From NCBI GenBank assembly GCA_963734495.1, contig CAVTHK010000002.1, positions 1 through 64,000 on the forward strand: a stretch of 64,000 nt of DNA, in the 5' to 3' direction. This document shows, piece by piece, positions 33,042 to 43,401 of this stretch. The notes beneath the pieces were generated by a model. That model saw only the letters and a program-made list of their open reading frames with translations. It did not search any database and was not told the DNA's origin. The DNA is from an uncultured Spirochaetota bacterium (GTDB lineage: Bacteria; Spirochaetota; Spirochaetia; SZUA-6; CAVTHK01). The first letter of the stretch is position 1; every line of letters starts with the position of its first letter. The position numbers and the translations under genes were made by a program.

Positions 33042-35160
33042 CTAGAGAGCCGGCTTTACGACAATGCGGTCGGTGCCCGCCGTGCCTTCCTCGCAGACGA
33101 AAGCCAGCGCCCCTGACGGAGGCGCGCCGGCGGCGGCTTCGAGCGTGACCTTGCCGTCGACCACGCCCCGGAGGCTCTCGCCCCGCGCCCGAAGGACGAG
33201 CGAGTGCGTCGAGCCGGCCGGGCAGGGGCACGGCGCCTCGGCCAGGACGCGGCGCTCGCGGTCAAAGACGCGCACGAGGCGGGCCATGCCGTCGTCGCAC
33301 AGGAGGAGGGCAGCGTAGCGCCTCAGGCCCTGGACGCGCACCGCGATGCCCGCAGAGCGCGCCATGTAGACCGTGAGGTCGGTCGACGCCTCGTAGTCCC
33401 GCCAGTCGCACCCTCCCTGGATGAGCAGTCCGGTCCCGCGGTTCTGCGCGCAGCGCAGCGCCTCCTTGCGTCCGCTCATGAAAGAGCTCATCGCGTCCGC
33501 CCATGCCCGCCGCCAGGCGGTCCCTCCGCCGGCCTGCGGGCCGAGGACGGTGTCCGGCTCCCCGCTCCAGGCGAGGCGGTCCAGGTAGAGGGTCCCGGCC
33601 GCGCCCTTTTCCCCTGCGATCTCCAGGCCGACTTCGTAGATCGGGGCGCTTCCCGTCTCGGGCACGCGCCAGGCCAGCCGCTCGCGCGAGCCGGGGCCCA
33701 CGCTCGTCGCCGGGCCGCGGTGGAGCAGGGGAGCGTCCGAGGGGCCGTAGACCCTCACGTAGAGGCTCGCCGCCACGGCCCCCGCGTTGCCCGGGTCGGC
33801 CTCGAGATCCGCTTCGAGGAGCTGTCCGGGGTACAGGGCAGGGCACGCCTGCAGGCCGTAATGGCCCGGGATTGCCAGGTCGAAAGGAGGGATGAACACG
33901 GGGGTGCCCGCGCGGGCCGCCACGCCCGGCCGCCAGCCCGCGATAGGCGAGCGCGAGGCTGCGCCGGCCGATGCCGCTGTGGCCCGCGACGTTGGCGACC
34001 GAGAGCGTGCCCCTCGCCTCGGGCGCGTCGTCCGGCCGGAACCCCTGCACCGAGCCCGGGGAGCTCGAAGTGGAAGCGGGCGCCGCCCTTGGGCGCGCAC
34101 CACTCGCCTGCCGGCGCAGCGGCGCTGTCCGCTGGCGGCGATGCGGCAGGCTTCGGTCGCGGCGTCGGTGATCGTGCGGCCGCCGTCGGCCGTGGTCACG
34201 TAGAGCCGGTCGGCCACCGGGCCTCGCCAGTCGGGCCCCGCGTCGATGCCCGCGAGGCCGTTCTTGATGCCCATCAGGCAGCCCGCGTTTCCCGAGTTGC
34301 AGTCGGTGTCCCAGCCGCAGGTGTTGACGATCGAGAGCGTCTTCTGGAAGTCGTCGTCCGCCGTAGAGCAGCCCGAGCACGATGACGCCGTGGTTGGGGA
34401 CCATGTGGCAGTTGCCCGGGTAGCGCTCGTAGTTGTAGCTCCCGCGGAAGCGGCGAAAGCCCGCGTGCCAGTCCGGCTCCGCGGCGCGGATCTCGCGCAC
34501 GTCGCCGATCATCCGGGCGATGACGGAGTCGCGCGGGATCAGGCGCAGCGCGCCGTCGAGCAGCCGCTCCAGGTCCCGCTCGACGAAGGCCAGCGCCTCC
34601 ATGGCGGCGATGACCTGCGCGCCGTAGACGGCCTCGCCGTCGTGGCTGACGCAGGCGGCGCGGCGGGCCAGGTCCGCCGCCAGCTCCGGGTCGCCGGGCG
34701 CGACCATCGCCCAGCCGTCGATAAAGATCTGCGCGCCGATCTGCTCGGCGACGATCGGGCCGTTGAGCGCGATGGAGCCGCTGCGCGGCGCCTCGATCCC
34801 TGCGGCCAGGCGGAGAAACGCGGTGTGCTCCGTGGAGTTGCCCATCCCGCCCCACCACAGGATCGTGCGGCCCTCGATGATGTAGTTGAGCCAGGCGTCG
34901 CCGATCTGCGCGGCGGTCAGGCCCGGCGGATTCCCGTTGTCCGCGAGCGCGCGGACAAAGGCGAAGGTGCCGCTGATGTCGTCGTCGGTGACGATCAGCG
35001 GCTTGCCGAGCCGCTCGTGCACGTAGGTGCGCACCTCGCCGAGCTCGGCGAGGATCCGCTCGTAGAGCCAGCCCTCGAACGGGCGGCCGAGGTAGACGCC
35101 GATCATCTTGCCGAGCACGCCGGCGTAGACGCGTTCCAGGTAGTCGACGGGGAGCTTCAA
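33042..35160 (-). CDS. ADP-ribosylglycohydrolase-family protein with C-terminal beta-rich extension (ARH-2); frameshifts ~34090-34360
   Basis: GVLGKMIGVYLGRPFEG, VTDDD, SHDGE, GWDTDCNSGN; about 330 extra C-terminal residues. Confidence 0.8.
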
Positions 35161-35315
35161 GCGAGCCTCCTTGTTCCGGGCGCGGCTATTGTCGCCGCCC
35201 GAGAGGCGCGGCGCAAGAGCCGGCGGCGCGGCCTACTCCACCGACGCCAACGCTGCTGCCGCTCGGCCCGCCCGGGGAGCGGCGCACCCCCGCATCAGCC
35301 TTCAATTTTGTTCCC

Positions 35316-35360
35316 ATTAGCCTTCCCTAAATTGACATTTTTCCCGGGCATCACTACACT
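35316..35360 (+). promoter_or_regulatory. DtxR/MntR-type operator abutting a sigma70 promoter
   Basis: TTAG-ccttcc-CTAA inverted repeat (35317-35330), then TTGACA (35332-35337), 17-nt spacer, TACACT (35355-35360). Confidence 0.7.
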
Positions 35361-35385
35361 CGGGCTTCGAGGCTGAGCAAGGATC

Positions 35386-36100
35386 ATGACCTTCAGCCGG
35401 TCGATCGAAGACTACATCAAGGCCATCTACGAGCTTCATGGCACCGACGCGCGCGTGAGCTCCACCGCGCTGGCGGACAAGCTGGGCGTGACCCCGGCCT
35501 CCGTGACCGGCATGGTCAAGCGCATCGCGCACGAGCGGCCCGACGTGATCGACTACACCCCGCACCACGGGGTCCTGCTCACCACCGAAGGGCGAAGCGA
35601 TCGCGCTGCGGATCGTGCGCAGGCATCGCCTCGTGGAGCTCTTTCTGTGCACGGACGCTCGGCTACTCCTGGGACGAGGTCCACGAGGAGGCCGAGAGGC
35701 TCGAGCACGTCGTTTCCGAGCAAGCTCGAAGAGCGGATGGCGAGCTACCTGGGCCATCCCTCGGTCGACCCTCATGGCGACCCCATCCCGACCAGCGAGG
35801 GGACGGTGGCCACGCCCGGGCCACCAGCGCGCTGAGCGGCCTCGAAGAGGGGCAGGACGGCGTGCATCCGCCGCGTGGCCAGCAGCGACGACAAGCTCCT
35901 GCAGTACCTGAGCGACATCGGGCTCGTGCTCGGCGCCCGCGTGACGGTCAGGGAGAAGGCGCCCTTTGGCGGTCCGGTCCACCTCGAGCTGCACGGCGAC
36001 GACGGGGACGGTGACGCGGGTCATCGGCCGCAACGTGGCGGAGCAGATCTTCGTCGACGTTTCCCGGCCGGTTGCGCTCCTGAGCCGACGGTTTGTCTGA
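35386..36100 (+). CDS. DtxR/MntR-family metal-dependent repressor with FeoA-like C-terminal domain; about 5 frameshifts
   Basis: EDYIKAIY, LGVTPASVTGM, RRHRLVELFL, HEEAERLEH, DPHGDPIP, PFGGP. Confidence 0.85.
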
Positions 36101-36196
36101 CTGCTTTCCTGACACCGCGGCGCGGTCGGATCGCCGTTCGCGCGCTTTTGCGGCGGTCCGGCGTATGGTAGCATGGCGAGCGGAGGTGCCCCACAG

Positions 36197-36924
36197 GTGA
36201 TCACGCTTCCGATCGCGAAACGCAGCAGGACCTACCAGGTCAGTCCCACAAAGATCATCGCCCTCGGCCTGAACTACCGGGAGCACATCGCCGAGAGCCA
36301 TTCCGTGCGGGTGCAGGGCTTTACCAACGAGGTTCCCGACGGAGCCCGTGCTGTTCCCCAAGACGCCGAACGTCCTGGTGGGTCCCGGCGAGCCGATCGT
36401 GATTCCGTCGTTCCTCTCCCGGTACAGGTTCGAGAGCCCCAGAGTCGACCACGAGGCCGAGCTCGCCTCTGATCGTCGCCGACCGCTGCAAGAACGTCCC
36501 CCCCGAGCGCGCCTTCGACCACATCCTGGGCTATACGTGCATGAACGACGTGAGCCAGCGCAATGTCCAGACGGGCGACCGGTCGGGCTGGTACCGCGGC
36601 AAGAGCTTCGACACGTTCGGGCCGATCGGCCCGGTGGTCGTCCTCGCGGAGGACATCGGCGACCCGCAGAACCTGAAGATCCAGTGCCGGCTCAACGGCA
36701 AGGTCACGCAGTCTTCGAACACCTCGTTCATGATCTTCCCCATCCCCGAGATCCTCTCGTTCGTCTCGCACAACTTCACACTCGAGCCCGGCGACATCAT
36801 CATGACCGGCACGCCGAGCGGCGTGAGCCCGCTGCGCCACGGCGACGTCGTCGAGGTCGAGATCGAGAAGATCGGGGTGTTGAGCAACCCGGTGGTGGAA
36901 GAAGGCCGGGCAGGCGGCACGTGA
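36197..36924 (+). CDS. Fumarylacetoacetate hydrolase-family protein; frameshifts ~36340, 36470 (alternative start 36173)
   Basis: KIIALGLNY.EH, HEAELA, NDVSQR, GKSFDTF.PIGP, PGDII.TGTPSG. Confidence 0.88.
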
Positions 36925-37751
36925 ACGCGGCACGCCCGGACCTGCGCTTCCCCCACGGAGCGGACACGCGGACCACCGCGCGGGAGCGTGACCGGGCGGC
37001 CCGGCGCGGCGGCCGCCGCGAGGGACGCGTCGACGTGGCCGACCTGATCCTGGAGCAGCTCGATGCCTGCGGCGCCCGTCGCGTCCTCGACCTCGCCTGC
37101 GGCGGCGGGGAGACGCTCCTCTTCCTCGCGGCTCGAGCGCCGGCGGTCCGCTTTGCAGGCATCGCGCCGCAAGCCGACCTGGCGCGCCGCGCCTCGGCGC
37201 TCCTCGCCCGCGCGGGGCTCGGAGAGCGGTGCCGCGTCGTTGCGGGCGACTCCGCCGCGGCGGAGCCCCATGAGCAGATCGATGCCTGGTGGGCGGCCGG
37301 GACGGCCGCGCGGGAGCTCGACCTCGCCTACGCCGTCGGCAGCTTCGCCGACGCGCGCGACCCGGCCCAGCTCCTCCCGCGGGTCTCCCCGCGCCTGCGC
37401 GCCGGCGGGCGGCTGCTGCTGTGCGGCGACTTCGCGGTGACGCCGGCGAGGACGCCGGCTGAGCGGCGCTGGCTGGAAGAAATCCGCGCCGGCCGCGGCG
37501 GCCGCGCGCTGCTGCGGCGGACCGCCGTCGAGAGGCTGGCCTCGGCGGCCGGCCTCAGGCTGGTAGAGTGCCGGGATCTGACAAGCGAGCGAGGACCGCG
37601 GCGCGTCCGGCTGCGTGCCGCGCTGGCCGCGGCGGGGCGGATGTTCGGCGCCCGCTCGCGGTTCTGGGAGCGCCGCGTCGCGGCGGACGCGCTGCGGCGC
37701 TGCCTGCAGTCGGGCGCGGCCCGCACCCTCTTCATGGTGCTCACGCGATGA
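36921..37751 (+). CDS. Class I SAM-dependent methyltransferase-like protein (divergent)
   Basis: RVLDLACGGG motif I; LRAGGRLLL. Confidence 0.6.
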   Translation: MNAARPDLRFPHGADTRTTARERDRAARRGGRREGRVDVADLILEQLDACGARRVLDLACGGGETLLFLAARAPAVRFAGIAPQADLARRASALLARAGLGERCRVVAGDSAAAEPHEQIDAWWAAGTAARELDLAYAVGSFADARDPAQLLPRVSPRLRAGGRLLLCGDFAVTPARTPAERRWLEEIRAGRGGRALLRRTAVERLASAAGLRLVECRDLTSERGPRRVRLRAALAAAGRMFGARSRFWERRVAADALRRCLQSGAARTLFMVLTR

Positions 37752-38695
37752 CCGTGCTGCGCGCCGCCCGCGTGCTGGCTGCGGTCGCCGCCGCGGGCGG
37801 CATGGCGGGCGGCTGCGCGAGCGGGCCGGAGGCCGCGGACACGGCGTCCAGCCCGCCCCTTCCCTGGACCTCGATCCGCCTCGACGCCCCGGCGGGAGAC
37901 CTCGCGCTGCTCGACATCGGCAGGCGTGATGCCGCGCTCACTCTGCTTGCCGCTCATGGCTGGGCCGGCTCCGGCCTGCAGTTCGCGCCGCTGGCCGCGG
38001 AGCTCGACGGGAACCTGAGGGTCATGGCTCCGGATTTTCCGGGAACGGGAGCCTCGAGCCCGGCCGCGGACGGGCGATACGGCATGGACCTCTTTGTCTC
38101 GGTGCTGAGCCGGCTCGTCGAAGGGACCGGCCCGGTCGTCCTCGTCGGACATTCTCTGGGCGCCAAAGTCGCAGCCGCGTTCGCGGCGCGTTACCCGGAG
38201 AAGGTCCTCGCTCTCGTGCTGATCGCGCCGTACGGGCTCGAGGGGCAGGAGGGCGTGCTGCTGCGCTTTCTGGCGCGCCACCCCGGCCTGGCGAGGCTCG
38301 CCGCGGGCCTCAACAACCGCCTGGCCGTCCGGCTGGGCGAGCGCCGCGTCTACTACGACCGGGAGCGCGCCCCGCGCGCGATCACGGAGCACACGACGGC
38401 GAGCCAGCTTTCCCGCTCCGGCCGGGCCGCCCTTGCCGCCGTGTCGACGGCCATGATCGGCACCGACCCCATCGACACGCTGCTGCCGTCGCTTCCCCAG
38501 CCGACGCTGATCCTGTGGGGCCGCGAGGACCGCGTGATGCCGTCGTCGGCCGCGGCCCGCTACGCCGCCCTCATGCCGCAGGCGCGGCTCGTGCTGCTCG
38601 ACCGCTGCGGTCACGTGCCGATGATCGAGAAGCCTGCCGAAACCGCCCGCGCGATCGAGGCGTTCCTTCGGGAGCAAAGGCTGCTGGCGCCGTAG
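37748..38695 (+). CDS. Alpha/beta hydrolase, possibly a lipoprotein
   Basis: HGW, DFPG.G.S, GHSLG nucleophile elbow, WGRED, CGH; N-terminal AGGC. Confidence 0.85.
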   Translation: MTVLRAARVLAAVAAAGGMAGGCASGPEAADTASSPPLPWTSIRLDAPAGDLALLDIGRRDAALTLLAAHGWAGSGLQFAPLAAELDGNLRVMAPDFPGTGASSPAADGRYGMDLFVSVLSRLVEGTGPVVLVGHSLGAKVAAAFAARYPEKVLALVLIAPYGLEGQEGVLLRFLARHPGLARLAAGLNNRLAVRLGERRVYYDRERAPRAITEHTTASQLSRSGRAALAAVSTAMIGTDPIDTLLPSLPQPTLILWGREDRVMPSSAAARYAALMPQARLVLLDRCGHVPMIEKPAETARAIEAFLREQRLLAP

Positions 38696-38726
38696 AGGGG
38701 GCGCGAGCCAGCCGGCCGCCCGTCGC

Positions 38727-39838
38727 TTACTCGGGCTGGGCCGCCCGGGGGGGCCTGCGGCGCCTCCGCGGCGGCTTCTTGGGGGCCGCCTCCGACCCGG
38801 CGCACGTAGTAGTCGAGCTTCTCCACCTTGGTCTCGACCACCCCGCGCGTCTCGGCCGCCTGGACGAAGGCCTTGAACTGCCGGAAGCCGAGGTCGCGCA
38901 GCCTCACGCCCCGCTCGAGGAGCTTGCGGCTGACCTCGGAGAACTCGTGGAAGTCCGATCGCGCTGCGTGCCGTCGAGGTCGCGCAGCACCTGGGTCAGC
39001 GCGCTCGAGGGCGCTCTGCAGGCGACCCCTTGCGCTCCGGGTACTTCGGGCCCGGGAACAGCAGCGTCTGCCGGTCCTTGTCTTCGATGCGGATGTAGCC
39101 GGCCTTGGCCGACTCGCTGACAAAGTCGCTCCAGCGACGGAAGCCGAGGTCCCGCTCGCGGAAGTTCGGGTTCAGCATCTCGAAGCGCACCTTGACCGAG
39201 CCGGGGTTCGGGCTCTTGCCCTCTTCGATCATGACGCTCGCCGCCTCGGCCAGGCACTGGAACCAGTAGTCGTGCGCCCGCGTCGACGGAGGAGCGGCGG
39301 GCCCCGGCGCCTGCGTCGTGGCCGCCTGCGCTGCCGCCTGGGCCGCGGGGGCGCCGCGCGGCTCGCGGGGCTCGTCCTCCTGCTCCTCGCCTCCCGGCAT
39401 CAGCTCGCGGTAGTCCTTGAACGAGTCCGCCACCTCGAGGAGGTCCTGCGCCGCGTTCTTCAGGTCGCAGACGATGTGGATCTGCTTGCCCGCGCGCCGC
39501 AGCGCCACCACCAGCGGCCGGAAGTCGCTGTCGCCCGTGATCAGCACGAACGCGGCGATGTGGCCGTAGACCGTCATGGTTTCGAGCGCATCGGAAACGA
39601 GCTGCATGTCCGCGCTCTTCCTCTGCGCCCGCTCGCGCGGCACGTGGACGAGGTAGAAGGACTGCCTCGCGAGCTGCGGCGCGAGCCTCTTGAAGTTCGG
39701 CTTGCTCCAGTCGCAGTAGGCGCGGGACGACGTCACTCGCCCGAACGACGTCGCGTAGTCGATGAGGGCATCGAGAAAGAGGGAGTTGGCTCCCGGGCTC
39801 ACGTTTTCGATGTCCCAGAGAATACAGACGTTTTCCAC
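38727..39838 (-). CDS. NYN-domain (LabA/DUF88, PIN-like) protein with two OST-HTH/LOTUS-like repeats; frameshifts at the 3' end
   Basis: WDIEN, KSADM, TGDSDFRPL..LRRAG; ERDLGFRRWSDF and LRDLGFRQFKAF repeats. Confidence 0.8.
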
Positions 39839-39987
39839 GGCTCCACGGTATGCTGCCGGGGAGCCCGAGTCAAGGACAGGGGCGTTCCCTGCGTTCCCTC
39901 AGGCCCAGGCCCGCTGACGCGCGCGCCGTGACGCTCTGTGACGCTCCGTTGCCCGGCGCGCGGAATCCTCCCTATAATGGCCTTCGG

Positions 39988-40755
39988 ATGCACCTGTTTT
40001 CGCGCTCCTTCGGGGGGACCGGCCGGCCGATCGTGATCCTGCACGGGCTCTTCGGCTCCTCGCGCAACTGGGCCACCACGGGCCGGGCGCTCGCGGCCTG
40101 GGGGGCCGTGTCCGCCCTCGACCTGCGGAATCACGGCGACTCGCCCCACAGCGACTCGCACACGCTGGCCGACATGGTCGGGGACGTGAGGGAGTGGCTC
40201 GAATCGCGCGGCGGGGAGCGCCCCGTTCTGATCGGCCACTCCATGGGCGGCCAGGTGGCCATGGCGCTCGCCCTGCGAGTCGCCCGAGTCGGTGGCGGGC
40301 CTCGTCTCGGTGGACATCGCGCCGCGCGCCTACGCCGAGGACCACGCGGCGGAGCTGGCCGCGCTTTCGCTCGACGTGTCGCGCCTCTCCAGCCGCGGCC
40401 AGGTCGATCGCGCGATGGCGGCCGGGTGGCCGATCCCGGCGTTCGCGGCGTTCCTTGCGATGAACCTCGAGCGGTCCGGCGACGGCTTCCGATGGCGGCT
40501 CAACGTGGAGGCGCTCCGCCGCGCTCGCGTGACCGCCGCGGTCCCGGAGCTCCGCGGGCGCTACGGCGGGCCCGCGCTGTTCCTGGCCGCCGGCCGCTCG
40601 GGATACGTGACCCCCGCGGACCACGAGCTGATCCGCGGCCTGTTCCCGGCCGCCGAGATCCGCGTGATCGAGGACGCGGACCACTGGGTGCACGCGAGCG
40701 CGCCGCAGGCCTTTGTCGCCGAGGTGAGCGCGTTTCTCCAGAGGATCAAAGGTGA
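39988..40755 (+). CDS. Alpha/beta hydrolase (YbfF-like esterase); frameshifts, 3' end uncertain
   Basis: LHGLFGS..NW, DLRNHG.S, GHSMGG, VDIAP, HWVHA. Confidence 0.8.
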   Translation: MHLFSRSFGGTGRPIVILHGLFGSSRNWATTGRALAAWGAVSALDLRNHGDSPHSDSHTLADMVGDVREWLESRGGERPVLIGHSMGGQVAMALALRVARVGGGPRLGGHRAARLRRGPRGGAGRAFARRVAPLQPRPGRSRDGGRVADPGVRGVPCDEPRAVRRRLPMAAQRGGAPPRSRDRRGPGAPRALRRARAVPGRRPLGIRDPRGPRADPRPVPGRRDPRDRGRGPLGARERAAGLCRRGERVSPEDQR

Positions 40756-40787
40756 AGGCGGGGCCCCGCGGGACACGACGTCTCGCG

Positions 40788-40865
40788 GGGGCGAAGGGAC
40801 CGGGCGGGACGAAGCGTCTCGGCAGGACAGGCGGCCCGCCGGGGCGAAGGGACTGGGCGGGACGA
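40788..40865 (+). repeat. Two copies of a 25-bp G-rich direct repeat
   Basis: GGGGCGAAGGGAC(C/T)GGGCGGGACGA at 40788-40812 and 40841-40865, one mismatch. Confidence 0.7.
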
Positions 40866-40876
40866 GGAGGCCAGGC

Positions 40877-41846
40877 TTGGCTGAAAAGTGCATCGTCGGA
40901 TTCGACATGGGCGGGACCAAGCTGGCGGCAGCGGTCGTCGACCGGAACCTCAAGGTGGTCGCGAGGGCGCGCGAGCGCACCGGCGCCGAGGACGGCCCCG
41001 AAGCCGTGTTCGAGCGGGTGGTGAGCGCGATCCGCCAGGCGCTCTCGACGGGCCGAAGGGAAGAAGGTGAGCGCCATCGGCATCGCCGTCCCCGGACCTC
41101 TCGACCGGAAGAAGGGCATCGTCCTCGAGACTCCGAACCTCGGGCTGCGCCGCTTCCCGATCGTGGGCCGTCTCTCAAAGGAGTTCGGCGTGCCCGTGCT
41201 CCTGGAAAACGACGTGAACGCGGGGGTCTACGGCGAGTACTGCGCCGGCGCGGCGCGCGGCTATCGCCACGTGGTCGGCATCTTCGTCGGGACGGGGATC
41301 GGGGGCGGTCTGGTCCTCGACGGGAAGCTCTACGTCGGCGGGACGGGCAACGCCGGCGAGATCGGCCACATGATCATCCAGACCGACGGCCCGCTGTGCG
41401 GCTGCGGCCAGTACGGGTGCGTGGAGGCCCTCGCCAGCCGCACGGCCATCGCGAAGGACGTCGTGGCTCTCGCGGGGGCCGGCTCGGCTCCGGCGCTCCT
41501 CGCGGCGGCGGGGACCGACATCAAGGAGATCCGCAGCGGAGCCCTCGCGCGGGCGGTGGAGAAAGGGGACAAGGGCGTGCGCCGCGTCATCGAGCGGGCG
41601 GCGCATTTCGTCGGCATCGCCATGGCCAACTGCGCGAACCTCCTCGCCCCCGAGGTCATCGTGCTCGGCGGCGGCCTGATGGAAAAGCTCGGCAGCCTCT
41701 TCGTAAGGGAGGCTGAGCGCTCGATGCGCGAGCACGCGATGCCGAGCCTGATATCCGGCACGAAGGTCGTGCTGGCCACCCTCGGCGACGACGCCGTGCC
41801 GATCGGCGCCGCGGCGCTGGCGCGAGGCTCCCGTGAAGGGGCTTAG
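40877..41846 (+). CDS. ROK-family sugar kinase (glucokinase-like); frameshift near 41058
   Basis: TTG after GAGGAGG; GFDMGGT, ENDVN, GTGIGGG, GEIGH, CGCGQYGCVE. Confidence 0.88.
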
Positions 41847-43401
41847 GGCCGGGTCGGTCCGCGCGGGAGAGACGCGCCTGGTGGCGGTGATCGACATCGG
41901 CGCCATCGGCATCCGCATCCTCGTGGCCGAGATCCAGCCGACGGGCGAGTTCCGCGTGGTCGACCGCTCGGAGCGGCCCATGGGGCTCGGCCGCGACGTG
42001 TTCACCAACGGCCTGATCAGCCGCGAGGCGATGGCACAGTCGCTCGAGATCCTGCGCCGCTTCCGCGAGATGCTCGACGGCTGGAAGATCGCGAGGCGCG
42101 ACATCCACGTGATCGCCACGAGCGCGCTGCGCGAGGCCCGCAACCGCGACACGTTCGTCGACCGCGTCGAGCTGCGCACCGGGTTCAAGATCGGCATCAT
42201 CGAAGGGGTGGAGGCCAACCGCCTCACCTACATCGCGGTGCGCTTCGCCCTCGGCGAGCAGCAGGCGCACCTCGCCCGCTCCAACTCGATCATCATCGAG
42301 GTCGGCGGCGGGACCACCGAGATCATGCTGCTCGAGCACGGCCACATGGTGTCCGCGCACAGCCTGAGCGTGGGAACGGCGCGGATCGAGCCGCAGCTCG
42401 AGAGCGTCTTCGGCAGCTCCGACCAGCTCCTGCGCTTTCTCGGGGAGAACGTGCGCACGACGACGGAGATCCTGAACTCCGAGCTGCGCCTCAAGAGCGT
42501 CCGCAACTTCATCGCGGTCGGCGGGGACGCGCGGATGGCGGCCCAGCAGGTCGGCGAGCCGATCGGCGAGCACATCTCCGTGATGTCGCGGGAGGCCTTC
42601 GAGAGCTTCTACGAGCGGATCCAGGCCCTCAGCGTCGACGGGTGCGTGCGCGAGCTGAGCATCCCGTACGCGGACGCCGAGAGCCTCATCCCGGCGCTGA
42701 TGATCTACCGGATGCTGCTGCATCGAGACCGGCGCGACGCGGCTCATCGTGCCCGACGTGAGCATCCGCGACGGCGTGCTGCTCAGCCTGGCGCGCGGCC
42801 CGGACCCCGACCTGCAGCGGGAGTTCAACGACGCAGGTGGCCGCGTCGGCCATCAGCCTCGGCCGCAAGTACCGCTTTGACGAGCGGCACGCCCGCCACG
42901 TCGCGCGGCTCGCGCTGCGGCTCTTCGACGAGCTGCGGGCCGAGCACGGGCTCGACCCCTTCCACCGCGTGCTCCTGCGGGTGGCCGCGCTCCTGCACGA
43001 CATCGGGACGTTCATCGCGGCGACGGGGCATCACAAGCACGGGCAGTACCTCGTGGCGAGCTCCGAGATCTTCGGCCTCGACCGCGAGGACATCGCCGTC
43101 GTCTCGAACGTGGTGCGCTACCACCGCAAGTCGATCCCCGCGCCCACCCACGTGAGCTTCGTGTCCCTGCCCCGCAGCCGCAGGATCGTCGTGATGAAGC
43201 TCGCGGCGATCCTGCGCGTCGCCGACGCGCTCGACCGGGGCCACAAGCAGACGCGTGCGGGGCTTCGGCATCGAGAAGCGGGACGACGAGCTCGTGCTGC
43301 ACTGCAACGCGCAGGGCGACACGTCGGTGGAGCAGTTCGGCATCGCTCGCAAGGCCGATATGTTCGAGGAGGTCTTCGGGATGAAGGTGGTCGTTCTGTG
43401 A
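41833..43401 (+). CDS. ppx: Ppx/GppA exopolyphosphatase with HD domain; frameshifts ~42722, 42832, 43255
   Basis: IDIG, ATSALREA.N, EVGGGTTE, SIRDG, LLHDIG, HHKH, RYHRK, LRVADALD. Confidence 0.85.

Noticed and set aside
40788-40865. Mini-CRISPR interpretation of the 25-bp repeat pair
   Set aside because: Only two copies, not palindromic, no AT-rich leader and no cas genes in the window.
40292-41716. Apparent esterase-ROK kinase fusion
   Set aside because: ROK has a strong SD and TTG start at 40877; several nearby frameshifts make the join unreliable.
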